Assembly (NCBI GenBank): GCA_964016885.1
Contig: OZ024740.1
Location: 17,050,001 to 17,114,000, forward strand
Direction: 5' to 3'
DNA length: 64,000 nt
Source of the DNA: Eledone cirrhosa
Taxonomy: Eukaryota
The notes beneath the pieces were generated by a model that saw only the letters and a program-made list of their open reading frames with translations, ran no database searches and was not told the origin of the DNA. Below, piece after piece: positions 1 to 11,796 of this stretch. Every line of letters starts with the position of its first letter. The first letter of the stretch is position 1. The translations under genes were made by a program, and so were the position numbers.

Positions 1-140
1 GGTGTCACTTTGGCCTCATATACAACGGACTTGGTGTTACATTTGCCCTGTAATGGGCATTCATCCGGCTTCCTGCAACTGCATCCTGGATTTATTCTCG
101 TACGATTGGAATTAGTGATTTTAGACTTCATTGATGGGCA
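1..140 (-). mobile_element. Penelope-like element fragment: RT-EN linker and start of GIY-YIG, running off the window edge
   Basis: The minus strand translates to ...RINPGCSCRKPDECPLQGKCNTKSVVYEAKVT: a CxCx5C motif followed by VVY, homologous to the element at 3389-4384. Confidence 0.75.
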
Positions 141-785
141 GCAAGAGTAACTGATTTTTACTACATTTCTATTAAATATCTTATAATATCTATGATTAGG
201 AGGAAAATGTTTATCTAAGAGGTCAAGGAATTTCCTTCCTACATTAGTTTTGACAGTTAGAGAGAAGGGGGGTGTAAACCAAATAATTTTCCTTTTCCTA
301 TTATTATGGTTAGTTTTTTTGGGGGGGAGGTAAATAATTAATATGTTCACCCATATATATATATATACTAAAAAAATGTAGCCAATATATATATATATGT
401 AGCCATATATATATATATATATGTGAGAAAAAACAAAAGCAAATGATTATAATAGTTACTGCCTCCGTCTGCTGCATATGTACACACATGAAGAGGTGAT
501 AATTGTCTGAATCTGACTATGAAATCATCATAACTAAGAGCAGGATTATTACAGAACAATTGTAACATGATAAACATATATTGTATTGGCCTTGTTGTTT
601 TACTATACTCAGCAACCTAACGTTAATATTAGTCAGATGGTTATTGGTTCCTGAGATTACAACGACAGAAGGTACATGTAGTGTCCTTCGGGTGCCAAAT
701 ACTTCATCTAAGTATACTTAACGAGATCACATCGAGTACTGAATGTCGTTTACGCCAGAATTACTATTATTATTATTATTATTAG

Positions 786-962
786 GGCAGTGGATTGGCA
801 GTATCGGTAGAGTGTCGGGCGCCATGCTTTCCAGCGTAGTTACGTCCCTTTACGGTCTGAGTTCAAATCCTGCCAAGGTTAACATCCCTACGGGGTCGAT
901 AAAATAAAGTACCAGTAATACACTGGGATAATTGCTGACCTTGTGCCAAAAGTAGAAACAAT
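786..962 (+). mobile_element. tRNA-derived SINE (family 1)
   Basis: A-box-like TGGCAGTATCGG, B-box GTTCAAATCC, body GGGGTCGATAAAATAAAGTACCAGTAA and (ATT)n tail; many copies in the window. Confidence 0.85.
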
Positions 963-983
963 TATTATTATTATTATTATTAT

Positions 984-1203
984 GGTGGCGGTGGAGTGGC
1001 AGTAATCGGTAGAGCGTCGCACAAGATGCTTCACAGCTTGGAGTTATGGCCTTTACGCTCTAAGTTCAAATACGCCGATGTTAGCTTTGTCTTTCGTTCT
1101 TACGGGGTCGATAAAATAAAGTACCAGTAACGCACTGGGGTCGATTTAATCGACTTTCCCCTCCCCCCAAATTGCTGGCCTTGTGCCTATAGTAGAAATC
1201 ATT
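984..1203 (+). mobile_element. tRNA-derived SINE (family 1), tandem copy
   Basis: Same head, body and tail as 786-962; begins in the (ATT)n tail of the previous copy. Confidence 0.85.
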
Positions 1204-1872
1204 ATTATTAACAGTAGGATTGGATGGCAAAATAGATCAAGTAGCAGACGACATTGTTTACTATCTTTAGTTGTATACACATACATACATACATATATAC
1301 ACACATACATACATACGTACATACACACACACACATACATGCATACATACATATATACATATATATATATTCATACATACATACATAGATATAGATATAT
1401 TCATACATATATACATACATATATATAAGAGAGTATTGAAGTTTGCTTGAAGCATTGTGGAATAATAGGTAAATATCTTTAAGTCGTTTGGAAGCCTCAA
1501 CAATGCAAATGGGTAAATCTCCGGGTAACAAGATCCGGTGGTGGAGAGAGAGATGTAAGTGGGTGTACGTTGAGATGCGTGGTGTATATAAGACGTGTAG
1601 AGGAATAAAGGAAAGAGTATAAAGGATAAAATAAAAAAAATAAGAACACGAGAGATTTAATTGTCCCTATATATTTCGGATTCACATCCATCAACTGGGT
1701 TTTTTTCCGGGGTGGGGGAAAAGTTGTCTGTCGGAAAGGTGCGAAACGCGTCCTCCGCTGTTTGTTGTTTTGAATATCTGAGGTATTCAGCAGAGCGCGC
1801 GTGCGCGTGAAATGGGGTCGGTCGGGCAGAGGTCAGTGGCCGAATGTGGGAGTGGGGTGGTGCTAGCTGTTC

Positions 1873-2929
1873 GGATTCCTTGACCAAACATACCAACAAA
1901 CCTCGGGATTGCCCATGGGATCAAGCCTGTCGGGTGTGCTAGCGGTCTCTTACATGGACAACCTCGAGCGCAAGGCACTCAACGCCTGCCACCCCAACAC
2001 CGTCGCCTTTTTCTCAAGGTACGTGGACGATATCCTCATCCTCACGTCTTCCCAAGACACGGCGAACAGAATCTATGAGACGTTCAACAACACGGACGAG
2101 AACATTGACTTCAGTGTTGAACACCCCAACGAAGACGGGTCACTTGCCCTCTTCGACTTCCGAATCAACATCACGGAACAGGGAAGGATCCACTGCAACT
2201 TCTACCGAAAGGCAGCCTGCAGGGACCTGTTCGTTTACTACAAGTCCGCTCTCCCTAAGAGTGCCAAAAGAGGATACATCACGAACGAGATCGCGCGAAT
2301 CAAAAACAGATGCAGCGATCCCGCGAGTGGTTTCACTCATACCAAGCGATTCCTCGAGGTGCTGGAGACGAACGGGTACCCTACCTCGCTCACAGACAGA
2401 ATAGGAGACACCAGACACAAGAGACAGAAAAGCACCCAAGGCAAGTGCTGCCTTAAAATGCCACACCTGGGCGAGAATACCACCAACGCTATCCGCAAGG
2501 CTATACGGAGGGAGGGCCTCGACATCCACCTGGCCCACTCGGGCCCCTCCCTGCGAAGATGCCTCTCCAGGAAACCCGGGAAATCTACTGACGCGTGCTC
2601 CCTCAGAGACTGCCCGATACGCAATGCGAACTGTTGCCTACGCACATACGTCGTGTATAAGATAGAATGTGACAGGTGCAACCAATACTATATAGGTAGC
2701 ACAATCCGACCTTTGCACATCCGGATCAAGGAACACACTAAAACCAGGGCCTCGTCTTTCCAGAAACATAGACAAATGCGGAAACAAAGACGGAAGGCCC
2801 ATTGTCACAATTCTAGCGACTGAAAGAAACGTCGGCACGTTACGTATCAAGGAAGCGCTTTTTATCAAACGCCTTGCACCGCAAATAAACAATCGATCCG
2901 AGAGAAGCGAAATGAGGTGGCTGGTTTAA
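1873..2929 (+). pseudogene. PLE reverse transcriptase (C-terminal half) + GIY-YIG endonuclease; frameshift near 2770
   Basis: QQTSGLPMGSSLS, RYVDDI, FYRK, YVVYKIEC..C..YYIGSTIRPLHIRIKEH; continues in another frame as LRIKEALFIKRLAPQIN to TAA at 2927-2929. Confidence 0.9.
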
Positions 2930-3314
2930 GTTAACAAACGATGCAGCAACACACGCACACACACACACAAACGAGACAACTACACACGCACACGCACACA
3001 CACACAGTAGCATTCCACCATACGAACATACTACACTGCCAATACAGAGAAAAAAGGCAACAACACACACACAGACACTCAAACGAGACAACAACACACG
3101 CACACACACAGTAACATTTAACAAACAGGCAGAGAATGGACTAACAGCTAGCACCACCCCACTCCCACATTCGGCCGCTGACCTCTGCCCGACCGACCCC
3201 ATTTCACGCGCACGCGCGCTCTGCTGAATGCCTCAGATATTCAAAACAACAAACAGCGGAGGACGCGTTTCGCACCTTTCCGACAGACAACTTTTCCCCC
3301 ACCCCGGAAAAAAC

Positions 3315-3350
3315 CCCCAGTTGATGGATGTGAATCCGAAATATATAGGG
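3315..3350 (+). ncRNA. Non-canonical minimal hammerhead-like motif in the PLE pseudo-LTR (mirror copy on the minus strand at ~1665-1700)
   Basis: ccc-CAGTTGA-t-ggat(gtga)atcc-GAAA-tata-TA-ggg: type I topology, with the core differing from CUGAUGA at two positions. Confidence 0.5.
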
Positions 3351-3388
3351 ACAATTAAATCTCTCCCAAGGTAACTCTCTCTCGTGTT

Positions 3389-5037
3389 CCTGATATTTTT
3401 AGTGAACACGCTGAATACTACAATAATGCATTAAGGAAGGCCGACCACCGGGATACAATAGAATACATTGATAGGAATTTCCATAACACACATAGCTCTA
3501 CACGAAATCAAGAAATACGTAACCGGGGGACTAAAATACAAGCGCACACACACAGTACTACCAGACATACTAATAATAGGAAATCACCACTAAATAAATC
3601 ACGTTGTAGAAAGTATATCTGGTACAATCCTATTTTTAATGCCTCGATTAGTACAAAACTATCTCTTTCATTCTTTAAGTTAATCAACAAACATTTCCCT
3701 AGTTCCCATAAATACAGCAAAATTCTGAACTCTAAAACAATTAGACTATCATACTCCACGGCACCAAACCTTGAAGCATACATAAAAAAACTTAACTTAA
3801 GGCAATTAAACAACTCTACAAAACAAAACATTTTAGTAACAGATGGGCAGAACGTAATATCTGCCTCCCAACCACTAAATGGGAGACGGGTATTACACAA
3901 TCCACCTGTACCGCTATCGCAACCTATCCATGGTATACCCGCAACTCACAACAAAGAATGTAACTGCCATCTACCTGAAAGATGTCCATTGAAGAATGAA
4001 TACCTAAAGTCCAACATTGTTTACCAATGCACGGTTGAATCGAACGACTAGAAATGGTATTATATCGGATCTACCACCACCTCGTTTAAATCTCGCTGGT
4101 ACCGTCATCGATTCTCAATCAAACATCCTAATCACCGTTTTGTGACCACGCTCGTCAACAAGACCTGGCAACTCCGTGAACGCAACCAACAGTTCACCTT
4201 AAAATGGGATATACTTTCCAGCGCAAGTGCATATCGGAGTGGATTGAAATACTGCAGGTTATGTAACCTTGAACTCTTTTACATATTAAAATCCCAAAAC
4301 AAACTACTTAACGATAGAATTGAACGATCATTATACTGCAACCACAAACTAAAAGCTAAATTCTCTCACTATAAAATAACTTAACATTCGAACCCGTAAC
4401 TATAACATCGCTTTCTAGCTAACCACCCTCTCTTCCCCCACACTACAAGACAATACACTGCTTATCACTATAAATGGTAACCCAGTGCAATTCATAGATT
4501 ACTACTACAAACCCAAAGTTCACTCACCACATAAACTTCGTCTGTCCCCTCTCTACCTCTCTCTCTACATCCATTACACTCTCTCTCTCTCTCGCCTTTG
4601 GCCTACCTCCCTCTCCACATCTATGAACCTGCCCTCTGGGGCAATAAATAATTCCGACCTTAACTATCAACGCATCTCTCCAAAAGTAACCAGTATAATA
4701 AAACCCCTACCATAACATTTTGATTAAGATATCTACAAACCACTCTCTCCTACTTCTCCAACCCCTGCATATCTTTCTCTCTCTCTCCCTCTCCCCTACT
4801 TTTTTCTCTCTTCCTTTTCTACTCTATCTTCCCCAACAACCCCACTTAAGGGTATTTACATTGTACATTTTACCATTCTGCTCTGATGATACAGTGGTCG
4901 CAGCATTGGATATTTGAGTTCTGCAAATTCTTGTAAATTTGCACATAGCATAACTAGGCTGTAGTACCACCGTGGAAACATTTGTAAGCACACGGAATAA
5001 ATTACCTTTTTATGATGTCTACCTGTTATTATTCATT

Positions 5038-5042
<5 letters not shown>
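3389..5042 (+). mobile_element. Second 5'-truncated Penelope-like element (CxCx5C linker and CxxC in EN; Hydra-clade-like) with 3' UTR/pLTR ending in (TA)n
   Basis: One frame, 3389-4384: IWYNPIFN, LINKHFP, IRLSYS, CNCHLPERCPL, NIVYQ..(TAG at 4049)..YYIGST, LKWDIL, CRLCNLE. Hammerhead in the 3' terminal region. Confidence 0.85.
4879..4990 (+). ncRNA. Type I hammerhead ribozyme in PLE pLTR
   Basis: tgct-CTGATGA-tacagtggt...accaccgtg-GAAA-catttg-TA-agca; stems I and II pair, stem III is minimal. Confidence 0.75.
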
Positions 5043-5103
<61 letters not shown>

Positions 5104-5141
5104 TACACACACACACACACACATACATACATATATACATG

Positions 5142-6822
5142 ATGGCTGCCCCCTCGTTATCGAGTATGGCCATTGCACGATATAACATTATTAATAATTA
5201 TTAATTAATTCTATCGTGCAATGCCTGTGCCTGAAGATATTTTTTAAAGTGAGGAAAGACTGTGCACTGAGCCAATCCCACTCTCTGAGCGACAGTAGCT
5301 ATAACCTGAAAAGAAGAAAAGATCAACATCATCGGTAACTACTGAGCTGCAGGTTTTATATCGGAGTTATCCCAGTTTCCTGAGTTGCCTTCTCCTAGAA
5401 GAATGCCCTGACAAAGGCTAGGGGTCCTTCACTCCCAGTGGGTTAACCGCGCGGTACATGTGTATATACATATTTACACACTTTCGGATGGCCGTTGACT
5501 CTTATGAGTTCTTCCGCCCTTGTCAGGTTTTTTTTTTTTTGTCCTGCAGAGTGTCCAAAATCACCCTCCTCACCAAGTAAACGTTGTGGGGTTGCCGGTT
5601 TAGTCGCCGACGACCCGACCATGCGACAGGTTGTACTGGGTTACATGTTACCAGTAGCATACATACATACATACATACATACATACATACATACATACAT
5701 ACATACATACATACATACATACATACATACATACATACAGGGTGGCTGCCAACTCGTTTTCGAGTACGGCCACTACTTTATATCCATGTAGGAGAACCCC
5801 TACCGATGTGCTGAACGAGCGTGACTTTTTAGTCCAGCCAGCGACTTGAAAACGCTGGTACAAACACTACACTTGTGACAATTATTGACACATAGTGCTA
5901 GGCCCATGGTACCATGTGACGACAAGTGCAGAGAGATCTCCAGATATAAAGCAATGCCTGTGCTGTGAAGCTTTTATAGTGAGCAAAGGCACTGCACAAA
6001 GCCAGTCCCACACTCTTAACCAAGATGATAATTACCAAAAAGGAGAACAAGTCAACATCATTGGATACCATCAGGGTTGCAGGTGTTATATCATAGTTTT
6101 CAATCTCCTAGAATTCTGCCTTGACAAAGGCGAAGGGGTCATCTCTCGCGGTGATTTTGGATGACCATTGACTCTTAAGAGCTCCTTTGCCCTTTGATAT
6201 ATATACATACATATAATATATATACATGGTGGCTGCCAACTCGTTTTCGAGTACGGCCACTACTTTATCTCCATGTAGGAGAACCCCTACCGATGCGCTA
6301 AACGAGTGTGACTTTTTAGTCCAGCCAGCGACTTGAAAACTCTGGTACAAACACTACACTTGTGACAATTATTGACACATAGTGCTGGGCCCATGGAACC
6401 ATGTGACGACAAGTGCAGAGAGATCTCCAGATATAAAGCAATGCCTGTGCCGTGAAGCTTTTATAGTGAGCAAAGGCACTGCACAAAGCCAGTCCCACAC
6501 TCTTAACCAAGATGATATTTACCAACAAGTCAACATCATTGGATACCATCAGGGTTGCAGGTGTTATATCAGAGTTTTCCTTCTAGAATTCTGCCTTGAC
6601 AAAGGCTAAGGGGTCATCTCTCCTGGTAATTTTGGATAGCCATTGACTCTTAAGAGCCCTTTTGCCCTTTGACAGGTTTTGCTTTTAGTTCTGCAGGATG
6701 TCCAAAGTCACCCTCCTCACAAAGAAACCTTAGTGGGGTTGCCAGTTTAATCGCCAACGACTGGACCATGAGACAGGTTGTACTGGGATACATGTTACCA
6801 GTAGCACCAACTGGTGACCTGA
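5142..6822 (-). mobile_element. Three tandem copies (5142-5657, 5740-6195, 6228-6822) of a non-coding retroposon with (TGTA)n tails, probably RTE-derived
   Basis: Mutually similar 450-600 bp units separated by (TACA)n; shared 3' end CTCGA..ACGAG..GGCAGCCA; no coherent ORF. Confidence 0.65.
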
Positions 6823-6848
6823 CATACATACATACATACATACATACA

Positions 6849-6879
<31 letters not shown>

Positions 6880-6964
6880 TGGGTTCAATGTTTGGTGTCT
6901 TCTTCGTGCAGGTATGTGTGTACGAGTGTCGGCTGAAAGATTAATAGGCTGAGAATGAGGAAGT

Positions 6965-7245
6965 GATGCTAGAGCAGTGAAATCTTGCATGCATTAATTT
7001 CAACTCTTCTTATTAATAACTGCATTGTTTTTTTCCAGGGACTATGTTGAAAAATAAACCTCATTTGGTCATTCCACGAGAGTATCTTGGTCAGCTTATG
7101 AAGGATTGATGCTAAAGCTGTGAAATCTTGCATACATTAATTTCAACTCTTCTTATTAATACCTAGATTGTTAATTTCCAAGGACTATGTAGAACATTAA
7201 ACCTCATTTGGTCATTCCATGAGAGTATCTTGGTCAGCCTATGAA
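6965..7245. repeat. Direct tandem duplication of ~140 bp
   Basis: gatgct..gtgaaatcttgcat..gagagtatcttggtcagc occurs at 6965-7102 and again at 7108-7245. Confidence 0.8.
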
Positions 7246-7562
7246 TTGTTTAGCCGACCCTCATTGTAGTGGTTAATTGTAACATCACAACCTAGTTTAA
7301 GTTCTTACCAATGTTGACTTTACACCGTTCTAATAAAGTAGAGTTCAAATAGTGGAATATTCCATTAAATTCATAATGTCCCTCTTCCACAATGTGGGGT
7401 CTCTTCTGTTAATATATGAAATCTACTACATCACACCTTGTGCTATTTATGGCTATTCCTTTACATTCCAAATTCAAATCCCACTGGAGTCAATTTCATC
7501 CTCCTGGGGCCAATATAAATCAAATAACCTCATGTTTCTTTTCTTAAATGTTACAAATCAGT

Positions 7563-7950
7563 AGGGGATTGGCATTAATCGGTAGAGCATCGGATATTAT
7601 GCTTTGCAGCACAGAGTTATGGCCCTTTATATTCTGAGTTCAAATCCCGCCGAGGTTAGCTTTGCCTTTCATCCTTACGGGGTCGTTAAAATAAAGTACC
7701 AGTAATACACTGAGATAATTGCTGGCCTTGTTCCAAACGTAGAAACAATTAATCGGTAGAGCGTCGGATATTATGCTTTGCAGCATAGAGTTACGGCCCT
7801 TTGTATTCTGAGTTCAAATCCTACCGAACTTAGCTTTGCCTTTCATATTTACAGCGGTCGATAAAAGAAAGTACCAGTAATGCACTGGTCTCGATTTAAT
7901 CGACTTTCCCCTCCCCAAATTGCTGGCCTTGAGCCTAAATCAGAAACCAT
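7563..7950 (+). mobile_element. Two tandem family-1 SINEs
   Basis: Same B-box and body as 786-962. Confidence 0.85.
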
Positions 7951-8209
7951 TATTTGGAAAGCTGAATTGTAATATTTATTCATATTCCTCTGCGTTCATA
8001 TCTCGACAAGATATCTTTTATTTTGTCCCCCTCCAGGATCTATATACTGTGTGCCACACATATGTTCTCTATCAATTGTCTACATCTATTCCTTTTAAAT
8101 ATTCATGACCTTCCTACTAAAGTTAGGAGAATCCCAATATGAAATCTATTGTAAAGATTACTATAGGTTACTCTATTCCAAAGTTGGGTTTCGGGAAAAA
8201 TGTTGGTGT

Positions 8210-8243
<34 letters not shown>

Positions 8244-8254
8244 GTTGTTATATA

Positions 8255-8753
8255 GTAAGGTTCATTATTGGGTGTGTAAAACGGTCCAATAAATTTATGT
8301 TAGCAATATTAAGTTCTCCACGCTTTTGTATATCTCCAATTCCATTCAAGGGAACAGCTAGATGATGTAAAACGGAGTATAAGTATCAAAATGAAAATCC
8401 GAAGGCAAGGTAAAATTCCAATCATTTAATCACGACACATGTTTCAATAAGAGATAGATCGATTGTGAAGCCATGATCGATTATCACGGATCTCATCAGG
8501 TGAAAATGAATTGTCTTCAAATTCTTGATATGAGGGAGAAAAATAACGATGTTCCCTCACAGAATTCATTCCCTCAATTCTGTGAGAGAACATCGTTATT
8601 TTTCTCCCTCATATCAAGAATTTGAAGACAATTCATTTTCACCTGATGAGATCCGTGATAATCGATCATGGCTTCACAATCGATCTATCTCTTATTGAAA
8701 CATGTGTCGTGATTAAATGATTGGAATTTTACCTTGCCTTCGGATTTTCATTT

Positions 8754-8758
<5 letters not shown>
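8255..8758 (-). mobile_element. Hairpin-tail element, family D: 183-bp inverted arms (8384-8566 / 8576-8758) with a hammerhead in each arm, plus tail
   Basis: Near-perfect palindrome; tcac-CTGATGA-...-GAAA-catgtg-TC-gtga at 8639-8712; flanked by (TA)n. Confidence 0.85.
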
Positions 8759-8811
<53 letters not shown>

Positions 8812-8816
<5 letters not shown>

Positions 8817-9015
8817 AAAAAGTATGACCCCGACGGCAGAGCTCAAGCCGTTTCGACGGCTATTTCTGGACTATTTCCGTCCAGAAATAGCCGTCGAAAC
8901 GGCTTGAGCTCTGCCGTCGGGGTCATACTTTTTCCTATTTTCCACTCTACTACCCTAATTATTGAGTACTCTGGGGCGTTATGGTACATCTGGTTTCTTA
9001 CCACAATTCCTTTGT

Positions 9016-9017
<2 letters not shown>
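8812..9017 (+). mobile_element. Hairpin-tail element, family B (palindrome 8812-8938; 3' half of hammerhead)
   Basis: Perfect 60-bp arms; GAAA-cggc(ttgagctct)gccg-TC-gggg; other copies at 28106 and 33346. Confidence 0.85.
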
Positions 9018-9046
<29 letters not shown>

Positions 9047-9048
<2 letters not shown>

Positions 9049-9468
9049 AGGAGGTGAGTTTTATTGTAGTACAATAAAGCAATGCAAATATCGGATAAGT
9101 AGCACTCTACAGTTTGTAGGATTGGAGTATAAATAATATAAGATCAAAAGATGGTTAAAAGAGTTCCAAGTATTTTATTATGCGCATTTCAAAATCAAAT
9201 ATCATCATGTGATGATATCTGCGTTTTCATCAGATAAAATAGGGATACATGATATGAAGGTTAAAAAACACTTGTGAATAGTGAAGTTTTAAATCAACGT
9301 ATCCATATATTGATTTAAAACTTCACTATTCACAAGTTTTTTTTAACCTTCATATCATGTATCCCTATTTTATCTGATGAAAACGCAGATATCATCACAT
9401 GATGATATTTGATTTTGAAATGCGCATAATAAAATACTTGGAACTCTTTTAACCATCTTTTGATCTTA

Positions 9469-9469
<1 letters not shown>
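9047..9469 (-). mobile_element. Hairpin-tail element, family C (arms 9138-9297 / 9310-9469) with hammerheads
   Basis: tattttat-CTGATGA-aaac...atttt-GAAA-tgcgca-TA-ataaaata at 9366-9436; tail shared with 12291-12410. Confidence 0.85.
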
Positions 9470-9566
<97 letters not shown>

Positions 9567-9681
9567 GGACGTAAAATAAGAAAATTATACAATTAACTTA
9601 CTTACTAAAATATCATATATATAAATATATATATATTTCGTTTCATTATATTACAACTTATATATATATATATATATATAT

Positions 9682-9868
9682 ATATTTAATATAGAAAGGC
9701 TTCTACAGGACTAGCACTGTTTCATTCTTGAGAAATCATCAGGAAGTTTCTCCCGAATGAAACAGTTCTAGTCCTGTAGAAGCCTTTCTATATTAAATAT
9801 TTATACTCTACTTTGTATTGAGTACCTTATTTACTGTGGTTACCCCCGATTGAACCCGGGATAAACTT
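9682..9868 (+). mobile_element. Hairpin-tail element, family A (complete hammerhead on the minus strand, 9700-9746)
   Basis: Minus strand reads cttc-CTGATGA-tttctcaagaat-GAAA-cag(tgctagtc)ctg-TA-gaag; tail tatactc...gagtac...aacccgg. Confidence 0.85.
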
Positions 9869-10123
9869 ATCTATCTATCTATATATATATAAATGAAAGG
9901 TATAGAAAGTATTGTAGCAAGAAGCCAACAGTATTCCATAATATATAAGTGACTATAGCGTCAAAATGGGAAAATAGTTAACGTAAGATGTGGGAAAAAT
10001 AATTCAAACTCAATTCAAAAAGAATCAGGATATAGATTCATCCAACAGAATTTAGTGAAATCCAGGGAGAAATCAATAGAGCCTTACCTCATGATAAAAT
10101 AAAGTTTAAAATACTCATCCTTC

Positions 10124-10184
<61 letters not shown>

Positions 10185-10689
10185 AGACAAACCACAAACC
10201 CTCAATCTGAATTTTACTTTTGAAAATCATAAGAACTGTGAAACCGGTAAAGGAAATAAATAAATATTCTTAAAAAGACTCCAGCTGCATTTTCAATTTC
10301 TTTTCCTTATACTTTCACCCGTGTAGGACATCTGGTTTTTTTCTTTTTCTTGTGTTTTTTGTAAATAAAAAACCTCATTTTCTTATGTGTGTGTGTGGGG
10401 GGGGGGGGGGGGGGGTTGAATGTATGTACGCGAAAATACAGCACAGTACAATGAAGATATATATTAGTTTTACGATTAATATAGTAATGAAAAGAGCCTG
10501 AACGTTTTGGACGTTAGTCCTTCATCAGGACATAGAATGAGAGATGGAAGAAGAAATAGAAAGATACAAGAAAGGATCTCCGAATTGCACTTGATAGGTT
10601 TGATGCCGATTGCTGCATGGCTGGAAGGAAATTCAGTGCTGCGAAAACCGAGACACTTGTCCTCTCAAGGAAGCCTGTATAGTACGCTC

Positions 10690-11322
10690 TACATGTGAAT
10701 AATGGAGTTCCACTGAAGCAGGTGGAGAAGTTCAAGTATCTCGGAGCCATGTTCACGAGTAATGGAAGGCAGGAAGCTGAATTAAGCGTCAAAATTGCGG
10801 GAGCTGGTGTCAAATCCAAACTCATTATCTTAAATTCGGTATTCGTGCCAACCCTTACCTATGGGCATGAATCTGGAGTAATGTCCAAAAGAATACGATC
10901 GAGAAAATATCCGACCGAAATGGGGTTTCTCCGAAGTTCTTTGGAGTAACGTTACTCAATAGAGCTCGGAGATCAGAGTGTCACTCCAGGTAGAGCGGCG
11001 ACTTCTCCGAATTGAGAGATCACAGCTCTGATACTGTGGACATGTGGTTAGAAGGTCTCAGGAAGAAATCGCTGGACAGATTTTACGGGCGAAACCAACT
11101 GGCAGGAGACCCATTGGTAGACCCCGAGCAAGTTGGTTGGATAACATCCATGAGCTTGGGGATCCAGTCGGATCAGTTAGAGACGGTTGCTTCTGACAGT
11201 AACCGCTGGAAGGGGTGTTTGAGGACTTTGTCCCCATGGCCCTCTCAGGAAAAAGAAGAAGAAGAAGAAGAAGAAGAAGAAGAAGAAGAAGAAGAAGAAG
11301 AAGAAGAAGAAGAAGAAGAAGA
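10690..11322 (+). mobile_element. Degenerate 3' fragment of an RTE-type LINE with (GAA)n tail
   Basis: LKQVEKFKYLG..FTSNG..; PTLTYGHES; ends in (GAA)n at 11253-11322; related fragment at 46720-47085. Confidence 0.8.
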
Positions 11323-11369
11323 AAAATCATTTTTACAAGAGAATAGCATGTATTTAATTAGCCATTGCT

Positions 11370-11796
11370 CTTCTTCTTCTTCTTCTTCTTCTTGCCCGGG
11401 CTTGTGCTTCGGAGGGAAACTTTCTATGGAAGTGGTGCCTATTGAAATATGACAAGTAACCGAATGAAACCAGTAAAAGAATATGAACTCGATGAAGTGT
11501 TATGTATGTATAGTCCCGTAACTCCTGAGTCGTAGGGGCGCTGTATTGACATATGGCGTTTCTTGGGCCTGGCGGAGTCCATCTCCTCTCCAGGACTGAA
11601 TACAGCAGATATATTCCAGAGAAAGATAGAAAGTGAGAAAGAGAAGAAATGAGGAAGAGATATAGAGGAAGAATCGACCTTGAAAGGTTGAACGGCAAAG
11701 TTGACCTGGTCGGGGTTTGAACCCGGAGCAGAGAGCCGGAATAACATAAATAATTCTTATCCGACCTTCTAAACACTCTACCATTTCGGTGCCTAT
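11370..11796 (-). mobile_element. tRNA-derived SINE with (GAA)n tail
   Basis: Minus strand has A-box-like AATGGTAGAG, B-box GGGTTCAAACCC and a (GAA)n tail at 11370-11392. Confidence 0.7.

Larger units (their letters stand above)
1650..3365 (+). mobile_element. 5'-truncated Penelope-like retroelement flanked by inverted pseudo-LTRs (1650-1871 / 3143-3365)
   Basis: About 222-bp near-identical inverted repeats bracket an RT + GIY-YIG reading frame. Confidence 0.9.

Noticed and set aside
458-535. Possible minus-strand exon (YDDFIVRFRQLSPLHVCTYAADGG)
   Set aside because: Plausible acceptor, but a weak donor and no recognisable homology; cannot be supported.
786-880. tRNA genes at SINE heads
   Set aside because: A/B boxes are present, but there is no cloverleaf, and each continues into a repeated SINE body and tail.
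6740-6822. HDV-like ribozyme at the 5' end of the retroposon
   Set aside because: Only a hairpin and a possible P2 pairing were found; P1/P3/P1.1 could not be assigned by eye.
8384-8758. Long palindromes as DNA-transposon MITEs or miRNA precursors
   Set aside because: One-sided tails, variable arm length, internal hammerheads and identity of one family to a PLE terminus favour a PLE origin.
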